The position numbers and the translations under genes were made by a program. Shown here in pieces: positions 28,434-38,317 of a stretch of 64,000 nucleotides of DNA. The DNA is taken from the NCBI GenBank assembly GCA_002347045.1, contig DDWV01000002.1, forward strand, positions 8,551 to 72,550, read 5' to 3'. How positions within the stretch are numbered: position 1 is the stretch's first letter; each line of letters starts with the position of its first letter. Origin of the DNA: Candidatus Collierbacteria bacterium UBA2277. Lineage in GTDB: Bacteria > Patescibacteriota > Microgenomatia > UBA1400 > MFAQ01. The notes under the pieces were generated by a model, which was given only the letters and a program-made list of their open reading frames with translations, searched no databases and was not told the DNA's origin.

Positions 28434-29912
28434 TTATACCTTATTTTTTATTCTCATTGGTGGAAACAGAGTCCCCTCACGTGCAGAAACATCTTCCATA
28501 AACCAGAAAAGTCGCTCCGACATCCCAAATCCAGAGGTCGGTGCCATCCCATACTCCAGCATCTCCACAAAGTCCGTATCCATCATTTGAGCTTCATCAT
28601 CTCCTTTTTCTCTTGCTTTTTGCTGTTCTTCAAAACGATCTCTCTGATCAACTGGATCATTCAACTCTGAGTACCCATTACCTAGCTCAGATCCAGCAAT
28701 TATTATGTGGAACCTTTCAGTCAACTCTGGATCTTCAGGCTTACTCTTAGCTAAAGGCGACATAAATTTAGGTTCATTCAGAAGAAATGCTGGCCCAGCG
28801 ATTGTCTTACGTACTATCTTCCAACAATTATCTATCAGCCTAGCCCTACTTATCTCTCCAGTTAACTTCACTCCAGCATTTTTAATCGCTTCCAGCATTT
28901 CTTTGTCGGTCGATTTAACAATATCAACTCCAATTTTTTCTTTTATTACTTTTAGATAATCAATTTCCTCCCATTCATCATTCAAATCATACTCCATTCC
29001 GCGACTCACAAATTTTGTTTTTCCATACACTTTTTTTGCAACATGGCGATATAACTCACGAGTCAACTGCATATTATCTCGATAGTCAGCAAAAGCCCAG
29101 TACCACTCTAAGGAGTAATACTCTGGAAGATGTTCATCATCCATTCCTTCGTTTCGGAAATTTGGTGCCAATGTATATATCTTCTCAAAACCAGCTCCTA
29201 TTAGCCTCTTTTGATAAAGCTCTGTCGAAATACGAAGATAAAAATCTTGATCAATTGAGTTCATGTGTGTCACAAAAGGTCTAGCATCAGCTCCTCCGGT
29301 TACAGACTCCAAAACTGGAGTCTCAACTTCCATAAAACCTTTATCAGCCATAAAAGATCTACACTCTGCCCAAAATTTTGCTTTTCTTTCAAACCTCTTA
29401 ATTTTTTCTTGATCCATCAATAAATCCAAATACCTCTTTCGAAAGGCATCATCTGGATCTACAATTCCCGCCCATTTTTCAGGTAATGGTAGTCTCGACT
29501 TTGTTAGTAATTTTATTTCTTTGACCTGAATCGAGACCTCACCTGTTCTTGTTTTTACCACCTCTCCCGTAGCTTGAATAATGTCACCAATATCCAGAAA
29601 ATCCAACTCATCAAAGCCAAGAGTTTGCTTTGTCTTATCAAACTTCGACATCATGTCAGAACGAATAAAAAGTTGAATTCTCCCGCTTTGGTCTTGAATT
29701 TGACCAAAAATCAGCTTACCGTGTTCTCGCCAGGCCATAACTCTCCCTGCTAATGTCAAAGTCTTACCTTCATATTTCTCAAAGTTTTCTACAACTTCAT
29801 TATTTGTTGTTTCTTTGATTGACCTTGCAGGATATAAATCAATACCCTTTTTTTTCAAGGAATCCACCTTCTTTTCTCGCTCTTTAAGTATTTCGTCTAG
29901 TCTGCTTGCCAT
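28434..29912 (-). CDS. lysS: lysyl-tRNA synthetase, class II
   Basis: N-terminal OB fold, FRNEGMDDEHLPEYYSLEWY. 492 aa. Confidence 0.9.
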   Translation of the reverse strand: MASRLDEILKEREKKVDSLKKKGIDLYPARSIKETTNNEVVENFEKYEGKTLTLAGRVMAWREHGKLIFGQIQDQSGRIQLFIRSDMMSKFDKTKQTLGFDELDFLDIGDIIQATGEVVKTRTGEVSIQVKEIKLLTKSRLPLPEKWAGIVDPDDAFRKRYLDLLMDQEKIKRFERKAKFWAECRSFMADKGFMEVETPVLESVTGGADARPFVTHMNSIDQDFYLRISTELYQKRLIGAGFEKIYTLAPNFRNEGMDDEHLPEYYSLEWYWAFADYRDNMQLTRELYRHVAKKVYGKTKFVSRGMEYDLNDEWEEIDYLKVIKEKIGVDIVKSTDKEMLEAIKNAGVKLTGEISRARLIDNCWKIVRKTIAGPAFLLNEPKFMSPLAKSKPEDPELTERFHIIIAGSELGNGYSELNDPVDQRDRFEEQQKAREKGDDEAQMMDTDFVEMLEYGMAPTSGFGMSERLFWFMEDVSAREGTLFPPMRIKNKV

Positions 29913-29929
29913 GTGTCTATTATATCTGA

Positions 29930-31672
29930 CTACATCTTCTCCACTGTCTCAATTCCCAAAAGCCATAGTCCATTTGATAGTATCTGAGAAACAGCCTTAG
30001 TCAAAGCCAATCTAAACACTTCCTTGTCCGTTCCAACTATCTTACAGTTAGCATAAAAAAGATTAAATCTTGATGAAAGCTCGATCAGATAAGAACAAAT
30101 CAAATTAGGTGACAAATTTTTTCCTGACACCTCTACTATTTCAGGAAAACGATACATCCATCTAGTAAGATTCTTTTCTTCGCTCGATACCTTTGTATCT
30201 GTCTTAACTAAAAACTCATATTTCCCAGACTTCTCTATTACACTCATAGCTCTCGCATAGGCATACTGCAAATACGGACCACTGTCCCCCTCAAAAGAAA
30301 GGGATGTCTCAAAGTCAAACAAAATATCCTTTCCGGGACTTTGTTTTAACATTGAGTATTTTATCGCCCCAACAGCCACCTTAGTTACTACCCTTTCAAC
30401 GTCTTTAATATCTTTACCTCTTCCTGTTTCAGCCATCTTTTTATCAATCTCTTCACTCACACTTTCCATCAAACTCTCTCCCGTAACAACCTGACCCGTC
30501 CTTGAAGACATTTTGCCATTTTTTAGCCTCAACATCCCATGACCCACATGAACCGTTTTTATAGCCAAATCTGGATAAATCAAGCTAGCCGCCTTCAAAA
30601 GCACTTTAAAATACTCGTTTATTTCATTTGCCGTCACAACGACAGATAAATCATAAGCAAATCTTTCAAACTTAGTATTCATCAGAGCAAGATCTTTTGC
30701 TTCGTATGTAGGCAGTCCCAACTTATTTCTGAAAACTCTTGTGTGAAGACCGTATCTTTCTCCCTCAAAAACCACAGCGCCCTTACTCTTCACAAACACT
30801 CCTTTTTTCAAAAACTCGTTCACCAAGTCGAGACTCAAATCACTCATCTCACTTTCATAAAAGCTCTCATCAAACTTCGTTCCAAGTTTTAGATATATTT
30901 TATCAAAGTACTCCATACTCCACTCTCTACCGAGATCGTAAACTATGTTTACCTTTTCATCCTCTCTTTTATAAATAATCTTATTCAGCAAATCAATTTC
31001 TTCCTTCACTTTCTCCATCTCCTCATATTCTTTTGCTCCACGAACATAAGCTTCTCCCATAAATCCTACTCGACTTTCGAGATCCATTTTCTCAAGTTGA
31101 TCAATATCAATATTCTTCTCAGCAAACAGCTCTCTTAATCCATAGATACACTTTGCCACATGCAAACCCACATCCCCCTGATAATTTGCCCTTCGAATAT
31201 CAGCACCCTGAAACTCCATCAATCTCGACAGAGACTCACCAATAGCATTACTCATTAGGTGACCTATGTGAAATAATTTAAAAGGATTTGGATCCGTATA
31301 CTCCACCATTACTTTCTTATCCGCCAAAGCTTTATTACTGCCAAAATATTCCTTTTCAGCCAAGACTCTTTTGACTTCACTAAGAAGAAACTCATCTTTC
31401 AAATAAAAATTTACAAATCCAGGACCAGCAGGCTCAATATCTTTTACATACTCAGCCAAAGTTTTGTTCGCTTGTAGCTTACCAATAAGATCAACAGCCA
31501 GCTCCCTTGGATTCCTTTTTAGCTCACTAGCCAATACTAAGGCAATATTTGTAGAATAGTCACCCAATTTTTCATCTTGAGGATGTTCCACAGCAAACTC
31601 TTTTCCCAATGATAGTTCGGCTACTGCATCATTTATTTTTTCTTTAATATTCATTGTATTGTTTATAATCAA
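29930..31672 (-). CDS. argS: arginyl-tRNA synthetase. Probable true start is ATG at 31654 (MNIKEKINDAV).
   Basis: HIGH-like PNPFKLFHIGHLMS, KMSSRTG, DALR anticodon-binding domain. 580 aa. The track start is TTG. Confidence 0.9.
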   Translation of the reverse strand: MIINNTMNIKEKINDAVAELSLGKEFAVEHPQDEKLGDYSTNIALVLASELKRNPRELAVDLIGKLQANKTLAEYVKDIEPAGPGFVNFYLKDEFLLSEVKRVLAEKEYFGSNKALADKKVMVEYTDPNPFKLFHIGHLMSNAIGESLSRLMEFQGADIRRANYQGDVGLHVAKCIYGLRELFAEKNIDIDQLEKMDLESRVGFMGEAYVRGAKEYEEMEKVKEEIDLLNKIIYKREDEKVNIVYDLGREWSMEYFDKIYLKLGTKFDESFYESEMSDLSLDLVNEFLKKGVFVKSKGAVVFEGERYGLHTRVFRNKLGLPTYEAKDLALMNTKFERFAYDLSVVVTANEINEYFKVLLKAASLIYPDLAIKTVHVGHGMLRLKNGKMSSRTGQVVTGESLMESVSEEIDKKMAETGRGKDIKDVERVVTKVAVGAIKYSMLKQSPGKDILFDFETSLSFEGDSGPYLQYAYARAMSVIEKSGKYEFLVKTDTKVSSEEKNLTRWMYRFPEIVEVSGKNLSPNLICSYLIELSSRFNLFYANCKIVGTDKEVFRLALTKAVSQILSNGLWLLGIETVEKM

Positions 31673-31673
31673 G

Positions 31674-31768
31674 CATAATAACGAAGTTATAAGTGATTAT
31701 AAGAGGAAGCGCAGTCTGGATATTTCAAGAATAATATATTCTTGAAAAGAAGACGAGCAAGCTCTTAT
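31674..31768. repeat. modular inverted-repeat element, copy E, in the argS 5' leader
   Basis: cataataacgaagttataagtgattata, tataagaggaagcgcagtctggata, ttcaagaataatatattcttgaa hairpin, aagaagacgagcaagctcttat. Confidence 0.65.
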
Positions 31769-31774
31769 ATAAAT

Positions 31775-31930
31775 AAAACCCCTCACCAAAATCAAGATAG
31801 TTAATCTTAACTTAAGTCAGGGGTTCTTGAGAGAACGGTACCACCCTTCTATACTCTTTGTGCTTTGACGGGCTACCCCGGTGAACTTCTTCACTAGCTC
31901 CGAAGGTCGCGACCCTTCATCAACACCTTT
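31775..31930 (-). promoter_or_regulatory. candidate T-box riboswitch leader for the argS-lysS operon
   Basis: Minus strand carries AGAAGGGTGGTACCGTTCTC (31829-31848), matching the T-box core AGGGUGGNACCG. The leader begins GGUGUUGAUGAAGGG (GA/K-turn-like Stem I start). It is GC-rich relative to its surroundings. Confidence 0.45.
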
Positions 31931-31932
31931 AT

Positions 31933-31941
31933 TATTTTACC
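31933..31941 (-). promoter_or_regulatory. extended -10 GGGTAAAAT just upstream of the candidate T-box leader
   Basis: Minus strand reads aagtaGGGTAAAATaataaaGGTGTTGATGA. Confidence 0.4.
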
Positions 31942-31958
31942 CTACTTAGTGAAAAAAA

Positions 31959-32948
31959 CTAATAACTACTCGTTCTTCCAGTTAGATATTTCTCCACATC
32001 CAATGCAGCCTGACACCCCATACCCGCTGCCGTCACTGCTTGTCGATATCGATAATCCACCACATCTCCACAACCAAAAACACCTTCCACAGATGTCATC
32101 GTGGGATACCCCTCAAGCCAAACATCTTTTTCACTTACACGCCATTTAGTGTCAGACATCAAACTAGTCATTGTTGTAGTTAAATATCCCTTTTTGTCCA
32201 ACTCCAACAAACCTTCAAACAGCTTTGTAGTTGGTACATGTCCAATAGCTACAAACAAACCATCCGCTGAAAGCTCCTCAACCTTACCAGTTTTTATATT
32301 TTTTACTTTAATTGTTTGAAGTACTGCCTCTCCACTCACACCAACAATCTCACTATCCCATATCACTTTTATTTTTGAGTTAGCCAGCACCCTTTCTTGC
32401 ATGATTTTGCTTGCTCGAAATTCATCCCTTCTATGTATTATTGCCACCTCGCTAGCAAACTTTGATAACGCAATCGCATCTTCAATAGCCGCATCTCCTC
32501 CACCAACCACATAAGTCTTTTTATTTTTGTAAAAAGCCGCATCACACACAGCACAAGTACTAACTCCACGCCCAATATATTCCTCCTCTCCCACCCCAAT
32601 CATCTTAGACGAAGCTCCTGTAGATATCACTACAGCCTTTGCTCGATACTCTTCTTTTCCAACCCATACTTTTTTAGTCGTAGAAGACAACTCCACTTTT
32701 GTAACCTCAGAATACACCACTTCGGATCCAAATCTTTTTGCTTGTTTCTCCATCTCCATCATCAAATCAGGTCCCATTATTCCCTTAGAAAAGCCAGGAT
32801 AGTTCTCAACCTCAGTAGTATTCATCAACTGACCACCAGGATGATTTCCAGACAGCACCAACACAGACAAGGTTGCTCTAGAAAGATAGATCGCCGCCGT
32901 ATAACCACTTGGTCCACCACCCACAACGATCACATCCCACATTTTCAT
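31959..32948 (-). CDS. trxB: thioredoxin-disulfide reductase
   Basis: VVGGGPSGYTAAIY, redox-active CAVCD. 329 aa. Confidence 0.9.
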   Translation of the reverse strand: MKMWDVIVVGGGPSGYTAAIYLSRATLSVLVLSGNHPGGQLMNTTEVENYPGFSKGIMGPDLMMEMEKQAKRFGSEVVYSEVTKVELSSTTKKVWVGKEEYRAKAVVISTGASSKMIGVGEEEYIGRGVSTCAVCDAAFYKNKKTYVVGGGDAAIEDAIALSKFASEVAIIHRRDEFRASKIMQERVLANSKIKVIWDSEIVGVSGEAVLQTIKVKNIKTGKVEELSADGLFVAIGHVPTTKLFEGLLELDKKGYLTTTMTSLMSDTKWRVSEKDVWLEGYPTMTSVEGVFGCGDVVDYRYRQAVTAAGMGCQAALDVEKYLTGRTSSY

Positions 32949-32949
32949 A

Positions 32950-33273
32950 TTACTTTAAAACTTTCTTAATCATCTCTTCATACACCTCTTTACCTCCAAA
33001 ACCTACCTGACGAGCCACTTCTTTTCCCTCATTAAACATTACTACCGTTGGAATACTCATCACTCCATATTTTCCTGCCACTCCAGAGTTTGCATCAACA
33101 TCAACCTTTCCTACAATTATCTTTCCATCAAAAGTCTTTGCCATTTCTTCGATAACGGGAGCAACCATTCTACAAGGACCACACCAATCAGCGAAAAAAT
33201 CAACCAAAACTGGTTTGTCTGCTTTTAAAACTACCTCTTCAAAATTACCATCTGTAAATTGTGCTATTTCCAT
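32950..33273 (-). CDS. trxA: thioredoxin
   Basis: WCGPC active site. 107 aa. Confidence 0.9.
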   Translation of the reverse strand: MEIAQFTDGNFEEVVLKADKPVLVDFFADWCGPCRMVAPVIEEMAKTFDGKIIVGKVDVDANSGVAGKYGVMSIPTVVMFNEGKEVARQVGFGGKEVYEEMIKKVLK

Positions 33274-33303
33274 ATTTTTATATATTTATAATTTGATTAA
33301 TAA

Positions 33304-33531
33304 TCAAAGGAATCTCTTCAGTAATTTAGTATATTCTTCTTTTGAACAACTACCAACTGCTTCGGCCAGCAAGGTTTTTGCTACACTCTTTAGCGAACTC
33401 ATAGAAGCCACAACCTGAGTCACAATAGCTTCACAGTCTTTATCGTCTCCGACCATACGCTCAATACCACCTACTTGTCCTTGAATTCTCTTCAACATTA
33501 CCTGCATTTTTTTCTTTTCTTCTATAGTCAT
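33304..33531 (-). CDS. CsoR/RcnR/CstR-family metal- or thiol-sensing transcriptional repressor with only two Cys
   Basis: RIQGQVGGIERMV...C33...C62 spacing as in CstR. No His ligand. 75 aa. Confidence 0.6.
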   Translation of the reverse strand: MTIEEKKKMQVMLKRIQGQVGGIERMVGDDKDCEAIVTQVVASMSSLKSVAKTLLAEAVGSCSKEEYTKLLKRFL

Positions 33532-33614
33532 GATTGCTCAAGAAATTTATAATTGTAACCTTTCACCATATACCCCCCATGGTATAGCAATAATACCATT
33601 TAGTCAATCTCCCT

Positions 33615-34190
33615 CTATAAATTTATTGCCAATAAAACAAAGACCAGGCTCATTATTATTACAAACCAACGCTTTTCTTCCGGTTCTAAAGTTCTTTTTA
33701 TCTGCCAAAACCATAAATCAAACTTTTCCTTATCTTTCACATAGTCATAAATCATGTCAAATATAAGGTGTATTCCTATTCCCAACACTAAACCTCTTGC
33801 AAAAGAATTTACCACACTAGACATAGCAAAAAAGGCCAAGGTAGTCCAGACTACCAAAAACAAAAAACTTCTAGCTACCAACTCTTTTTGATCATATTCC
33901 TCTAACAACAAAAGATTTAGTTCTTTCACAAAATTTCCTTTTCTAAATATTTCACCAAATCTTACACGTAAAGAATCATCAGCGTTCACCACCAAGCTAT
34001 ACACAACCCTATCTCCAAACACAAACAAGAAACCTATCACAGCACCAAGTAACCACCACAATAAGGAAACATTGAAAACGAAACTTCCTTTTATTAAATT
34101 AAGTAACAACAACACACCCAATACCCCAAATAACACCACCTGATGAAACCATAATTTTCCCTTAGTCATCCAAATATCATTGTACAGCAA
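33615..34190 (-). CDS. hypothetical membrane protein (191 aa)
   Basis: About 5 hydrophobic helices. Abuts the MFS gene. Confidence 0.45.
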   Translation of the reverse strand: MLYNDIWMTKGKLWFHQVVLFGVLGVLLLLNLIKGSFVFNVSLLWWLLGAVIGFLFVFGDRVVYSLVVNADDSLRVRFGEIFRKGNFVKELNLLLLEEYDQKELVARSFLFLVVWTTLAFFAMSSVVNSFARGLVLGIGIHLIFDMIYDYVKDKEKFDLWFWQIKRTLEPEEKRWFVIIMSLVFVLLAINL

Positions 34191-35450
34191 CTAAATATTT
34201 GTTTCCCATTCAGCTATCTCTGACTGAGGCAGTCTCAACTTCTTTGGTGTTGTAAAAAGTAATAGTACACTTACCATCACCACAAGCATTCCCACTAAAG
34301 AAAATGTCATCTTTTCACCAACAAAGCTTGCAACTAAGCCAGCAATTACTGGACCAAGAATATGCGCAAGACTAACCGTTGAACTGGACAAGCCAATCAT
34401 ATGCTTTCTTTCCTTCCCCATACGAACCAAAATATCTGAATAAACAGCGTCAGTCATCGGCCAAGCTACTGCCAAACATACTCCAACTAGCAATGAAAGA
34501 ATAAGCATTATTTCGACACTTCTACTAATACCTAGAAGAATCAAAAAGACACCCGCCAACAAAGCAAACAACTCCGCAATTTTTTTCTTTCCTTTATAAA
34601 CACCCAGTTTTACCAATATAATACCCAAAAATACTGGCGGTAACATATACAAAGGCAAAAACAAACCCCCTGCAAAATGACTTTTCGCCAGATTATCAGA
34701 AAGAACAGTTCCTGTTGTCCAATAAGTTGCATCAACTATTCCAATCGTTAAACTTACCAACAAAATTTGCCACACATGACTAAAAAGTGTTTTCCACCTT
34801 TTTAATTCTTCGACAATATTGATTGTTTCAATTGTTTGGTTATCTATCTCAACAGATTTTTCTTTTTTCCCTGTCAATGCCCAAATTATGTATCCTACAC
34901 ACACCAACGAAGCCGCTGTGACCACCACCTCCATGTTACCTCTGCTAATTGCCAGCCAACTTCCAATAATTGGTCCCGCAAAATACGCCAAACTTTTAAA
35001 AACACCAAGTATTGCCCAAACTCCAGATCTTGAGGCTACGGGAATAAAGTCAGACACGTACTGAGCAGATCCGAATCGCAACAGCTCATAATAAACTCCC
35101 CAAATCGCCATACCCACAAGAAACAATATCAACCAAGGCCATGAAGTTGTCCAAAGAAGTATCCCCGCAAAAATCAAGTTAGCTCCTATCGCCATTAAAA
35201 TAAGCCGTCTTGTTTTGGCACCCTTCAAAAGTTGAGGGGAAAGAATATCAGTCACAAATCCCACCATTGAAGAAAATGACATCACTAAACCCATCAGGAG
35301 TGACCCTCCCAAAACCGTCTGCATGTAAGCAGGAACCCAATCGCTTAATATAGCATCCCCCAAATAAACAAAAAATAATATCAAAGACATCGTTAAAACT
35401 CTCGTCCACATCGTATCCTTATACAAACCTAAATAAGATCTTTTTATCAT
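34191..35450 (-). CDS. MFS-type transporter
   Basis: 12 predicted TM helices. 419 aa. Confidence 0.6.
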   Translation of the reverse strand: MIKRSYLGLYKDTMWTRVLTMSLILFFVYLGDAILSDWVPAYMQTVLGGSLLMGLVMSFSSMVGFVTDILSPQLLKGAKTRRLILMAIGANLIFAGILLWTTSWPWLILFLVGMAIWGVYYELLRFGSAQYVSDFIPVASRSGVWAILGVFKSLAYFAGPIIGSWLAISRGNMEVVVTAASLVCVGYIIWALTGKKEKSVEIDNQTIETINIVEELKRWKTLFSHVWQILLVSLTIGIVDATYWTTGTVLSDNLAKSHFAGGLFLPLYMLPPVFLGIILVKLGVYKGKKKIAELFALLAGVFLILLGISRSVEIMLILSLLVGVCLAVAWPMTDAVYSDILVRMGKERKHMIGLSSSTVSLAHILGPVIAGLVASFVGEKMTFSLVGMLVVMVSVLLLFTTPKKLRLPQSEIAEWETNI

Positions 35451-35463
35451 CCCCTCAATCTTA

Positions 35464-35787
35464 TCAAACCTCTTGTTTATGCTCTTCTCTAAGCTGTTTC
35501 AATTTCCACATGAAGAGCCTCCCTTTATTTTTCGGATTATGAGCACCCAAAACAAACAGTCTTGCCTGCTCAACCAAAGATCGAGGTGTATTCTTGGCCA
35601 ATCTCATGTATATAGCTGTATGCGCTGTATCACCCAGCTCAACTGCAAGCCGATAGGCATAATCCTGAAACTCACGACTAATTCGCTTTTGTTTAGTCTC
35701 ATCCAAATCATACCTATCTAAAATACTCTCAATTGGTTTAAATCCTTTTTTATCCATCTTTTTATATATAATATCTTCTAGTGCCAA
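35464..35787 (-). CDS. hypothetical protein (107 aa; may start at internal Met at 35757)
   Basis: ORF track only. Its 5' end overlaps the divergent ABC gene by 7 bp. Confidence 0.35.
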   Translation of the reverse strand: MALEDIIYKKMDKKGFKPIESILDRYDLDETKQKRISREFQDYAYRLAVELGDTAHTAIYMRLAKNTPRSLVEQARLFVLGAHNPKNKGRLFMWKLKQLREEHKQEV

Positions 35788-37595
35788 AAATCACAAAATA
35801 CTTCGTCAACATCAAAGAGTTTATCAGAACATACTCTTCTACAGTAAAAATTGCTTGGAGAACCAACAAATCCCTACTTGTAAAGGTCACCCTAGCCAAC
35901 GCATCCCGAGGAGCGTTGGTATATCCTTCCCTTCTAGTTTCCAAACTTCTTATAGACTCTGTAATGATAGCGATTACAACAAACAACGTCCAATCTGGTA
36001 TGAGGGGTATGGTCACTGCCACGATTTTTGGTTTTTTGATCGAAAAAACACTATTAATTCTCGAGGAAATTGACCACGTATATAGCAGTCAGCTATCTAG
36101 TCTTCTTTCAGAAAAAATTCAAATTTCTATCTCAAGAAAAATTAATCTACTTCCTGTAATCACCGCCGAGTCTCCAGAAACAAGAAACGTCCTCCAAAAA
36201 GTACTCGACAATGCCGGAAGATCTGTCTGGTCATTAATCACTCCAATTTCCACCTTTCCAGAGCTAATTCTTACCATCATATCGACCGCCATACCAATTA
36301 TCACTTTCCAACCGCTTATTATTATCCCCTGCATAATTCTTGCCATCCCAAATATCATCATTGGAGTAGGTTCATCCAAAGCAAAACATGCCCTCTCAAC
36401 CGAAGTCTCTCCAAAATGGAGAGTTTGGGGTGCTCTTGAAGATTTTGCAATTAAAGGGAAATATCTTTATGAAAACAAAATTCTTGCTCATGTTGAGATT
36501 CTCCTCACCCGACGTTTAAAAATGGCTCAATCAATTTTCAAACGTCGACAAAAACTCAACGCAGACTTTGCCAAAAAAAGGCAGATTGCTTCCTTGCCGC
36601 TTTCCATTTTCGAGTCAGCTTCAAGACTTTATTTTTACTATCTCGCTATTACTCAAATTCTTACGCTTGGTACTGCCCAAATTATTAGCAACTCAATCGG
36701 TAGATTTATTCAAAGCATAAGTCGTTTATTAAGACAAGCCAACGATGTATTTCAAAATTATCTATTCATTACCGACTACGAAACATTTATGGCCTTACCC
36801 GAAGAAGACCAAATAACAGGACATCATTTCCCAGAAGTAATAACTCAAGGAATAGAATTTCAACATGTTTGGTTTAAATATCCTCAATCCTCCGACTGGA
36901 TACTAAAGGATGTCTCTTTCAAAATCGAATCAGCTGAAAACATTGCCATCGTCGGCCAAAATGGAGCCGGAAAAACAACTCTCATCAAACTTATTTGTCG
37001 TTTTTACAAACCTCAGAAAGGAAGCATTCTCGTTAATGGTCAAAACATCGATGAATACAACCTAAAAGAGTATCGTTTCCAAATCTCAGCTCTATTCCAA
37101 GACTTTGCTCAGTACCCTTTCTCTGTCGAAGACAATATCCTTTTTGGAGACATCTCTAAAAAGAAAAGTCTCAAAAACATTAAGAGGGTAGCAAAACTTA
37201 CCAGTATTGACAAATTCGTTAATTCTTTGCCCCTAAAATACAAAAATCCTCTTGACAAAGAGTATGACAATGGAGTTGAACCGTCAAAAGGTCTCTGGCA
37301 ACGAGTTGCTCTAGCTAGAATTCTTTACCGACCTTCTGAAATTCTTATTCTTGACGAACCAACTTCAAATGTTGATCCCGAATCAGAAGAAGAAATCTTC
37401 ACAAAAGTTCTTGAGATTGCCAAGGAGAAAATTATATTTCTCGTTTCTCACCGTTTTTCGACTGTCAGAAAAGCTGACGAAATTCTCGTCCTCGAAAACG
37501 GATCAGTAATCGAATACGGCAAACACAAAGATCTCATGCAAAAAAACGGCCGTTACAAGGAGCTATTTGATATCCAAGCCCAAAGCTACCTCTAA
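35781..37595 (+). CDS. ABC transporter, fused permease/ATPase (type I exporter) with degenerate signature motif
   Basis: 6-TM N-domain, Walker A GQNGAGKTTL, Walker B ILILDEPTS, H-loop VSHR. The C-loop reads PSKGLWQRVALAR instead of LSGGQ. Confidence 0.8.
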   Translation: MPKITKYFVNIKEFIRTYSSTVKIAWRTNKSLLVKVTLANASRGALVYPSLLVSKLLIDSVMIAITTNNVQSGMRGMVTATIFGFLIEKTLLILEEIDHVYSSQLSSLLSEKIQISISRKINLLPVITAESPETRNVLQKVLDNAGRSVWSLITPISTFPELILTIISTAIPIITFQPLIIIPCIILAIPNIIIGVGSSKAKHALSTEVSPKWRVWGALEDFAIKGKYLYENKILAHVEILLTRRLKMAQSIFKRRQKLNADFAKKRQIASLPLSIFESASRLYFYYLAITQILTLGTAQIISNSIGRFIQSISRLLRQANDVFQNYLFITDYETFMALPEEDQITGHHFPEVITQGIEFQHVWFKYPQSSDWILKDVSFKIESAENIAIVGQNGAGKTTLIKLICRFYKPQKGSILVNGQNIDEYNLKEYRFQISALFQDFAQYPFSVEDNILFGDISKKKSLKNIKRVAKLTSIDKFVNSLPLKYKNPLDKEYDNGVEPSKGLWQRVALARILYRPSEILILDEPTSNVDPESEEEIFTKVLEIAKEKIIFLVSHRFSTVRKADEILVLENGSVIEYGKHKDLMQKNGRYKELFDIQAQSYL

Positions 37596-38093
37596 CTCCT
37601 TCAAAATATCTACAAAAACCACCTTAAGATCTTTTACTTCCTCCTTGCTAACTTTCGACAAAACATAATCAGCTCCAGTGCCATAATTTACACTAGGTTG
37701 ACGATTGTCTACTCCAACTCTAACACGCCAAAAATCATCTGTTCCCAAACTCTGCTCAATTGATTTTATTCCATTATGAACTTTTGGTCCCACCCCTTTT
37801 TGAATCTTATACTCACCAAAAGCGATATCCAAGTCATCATGAATTACAACAACATCATTTGAGGAAAGTTTATAAAAATCCAAAATTTTTCTTACTGCTC
37901 TCCCCGACTCATTCATAAATGTCTGGGGTTTTACTATTATTAAGCCATCTTTCTTTACCATCAAAGCCTCTTTTTTACTATCCAAAGAGAACTCTTCTCT
38001 TCGCAGTATTTGATCCAAAAACATAAAGCCCACATTATGTCTAGTTTTCTCATACTCTTCACCTGGATTTCCTAAACCTACAATTATTTTCAT
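37563..38093 (-). CDS. pth: peptidyl-tRNA hydrolase
   Basis: MKIIVGLGNPGEEYEKTRHNVGF. 176 aa. Confidence 0.88.
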   Translation of the reverse strand: MKIIVGLGNPGEEYEKTRHNVGFMFLDQILRREEFSLDSKKEALMVKKDGLIIVKPQTFMNESGRAVRKILDFYKLSSNDVVVIHDDLDIAFGEYKIQKGVGPKVHNGIKSIEQSLGTDDFWRVRVGVDNRQPSVNYGTGADYVLSKVSKEEVKDLKVVFVDILKELEVALGLDIK

Positions 38094-38317
38094 CGTAATA
38101 AAATTTTAACAAATATTATTCTCACACCCACATATTACAGTAACACAGATTTGATAATCTCCTAACTCTTTTAACTCTCTTTTCTTAGAGGTCATTATTT
38201 TCCCATCAATCAACAAAAGGCAGCCTAATTTTCTTAGACAATATCTTTACAGGTATCTAAACACCACCATTACAGAATTAACTCAGCACATATCTAGATA
38301 ATGTATATAATCAGCTT

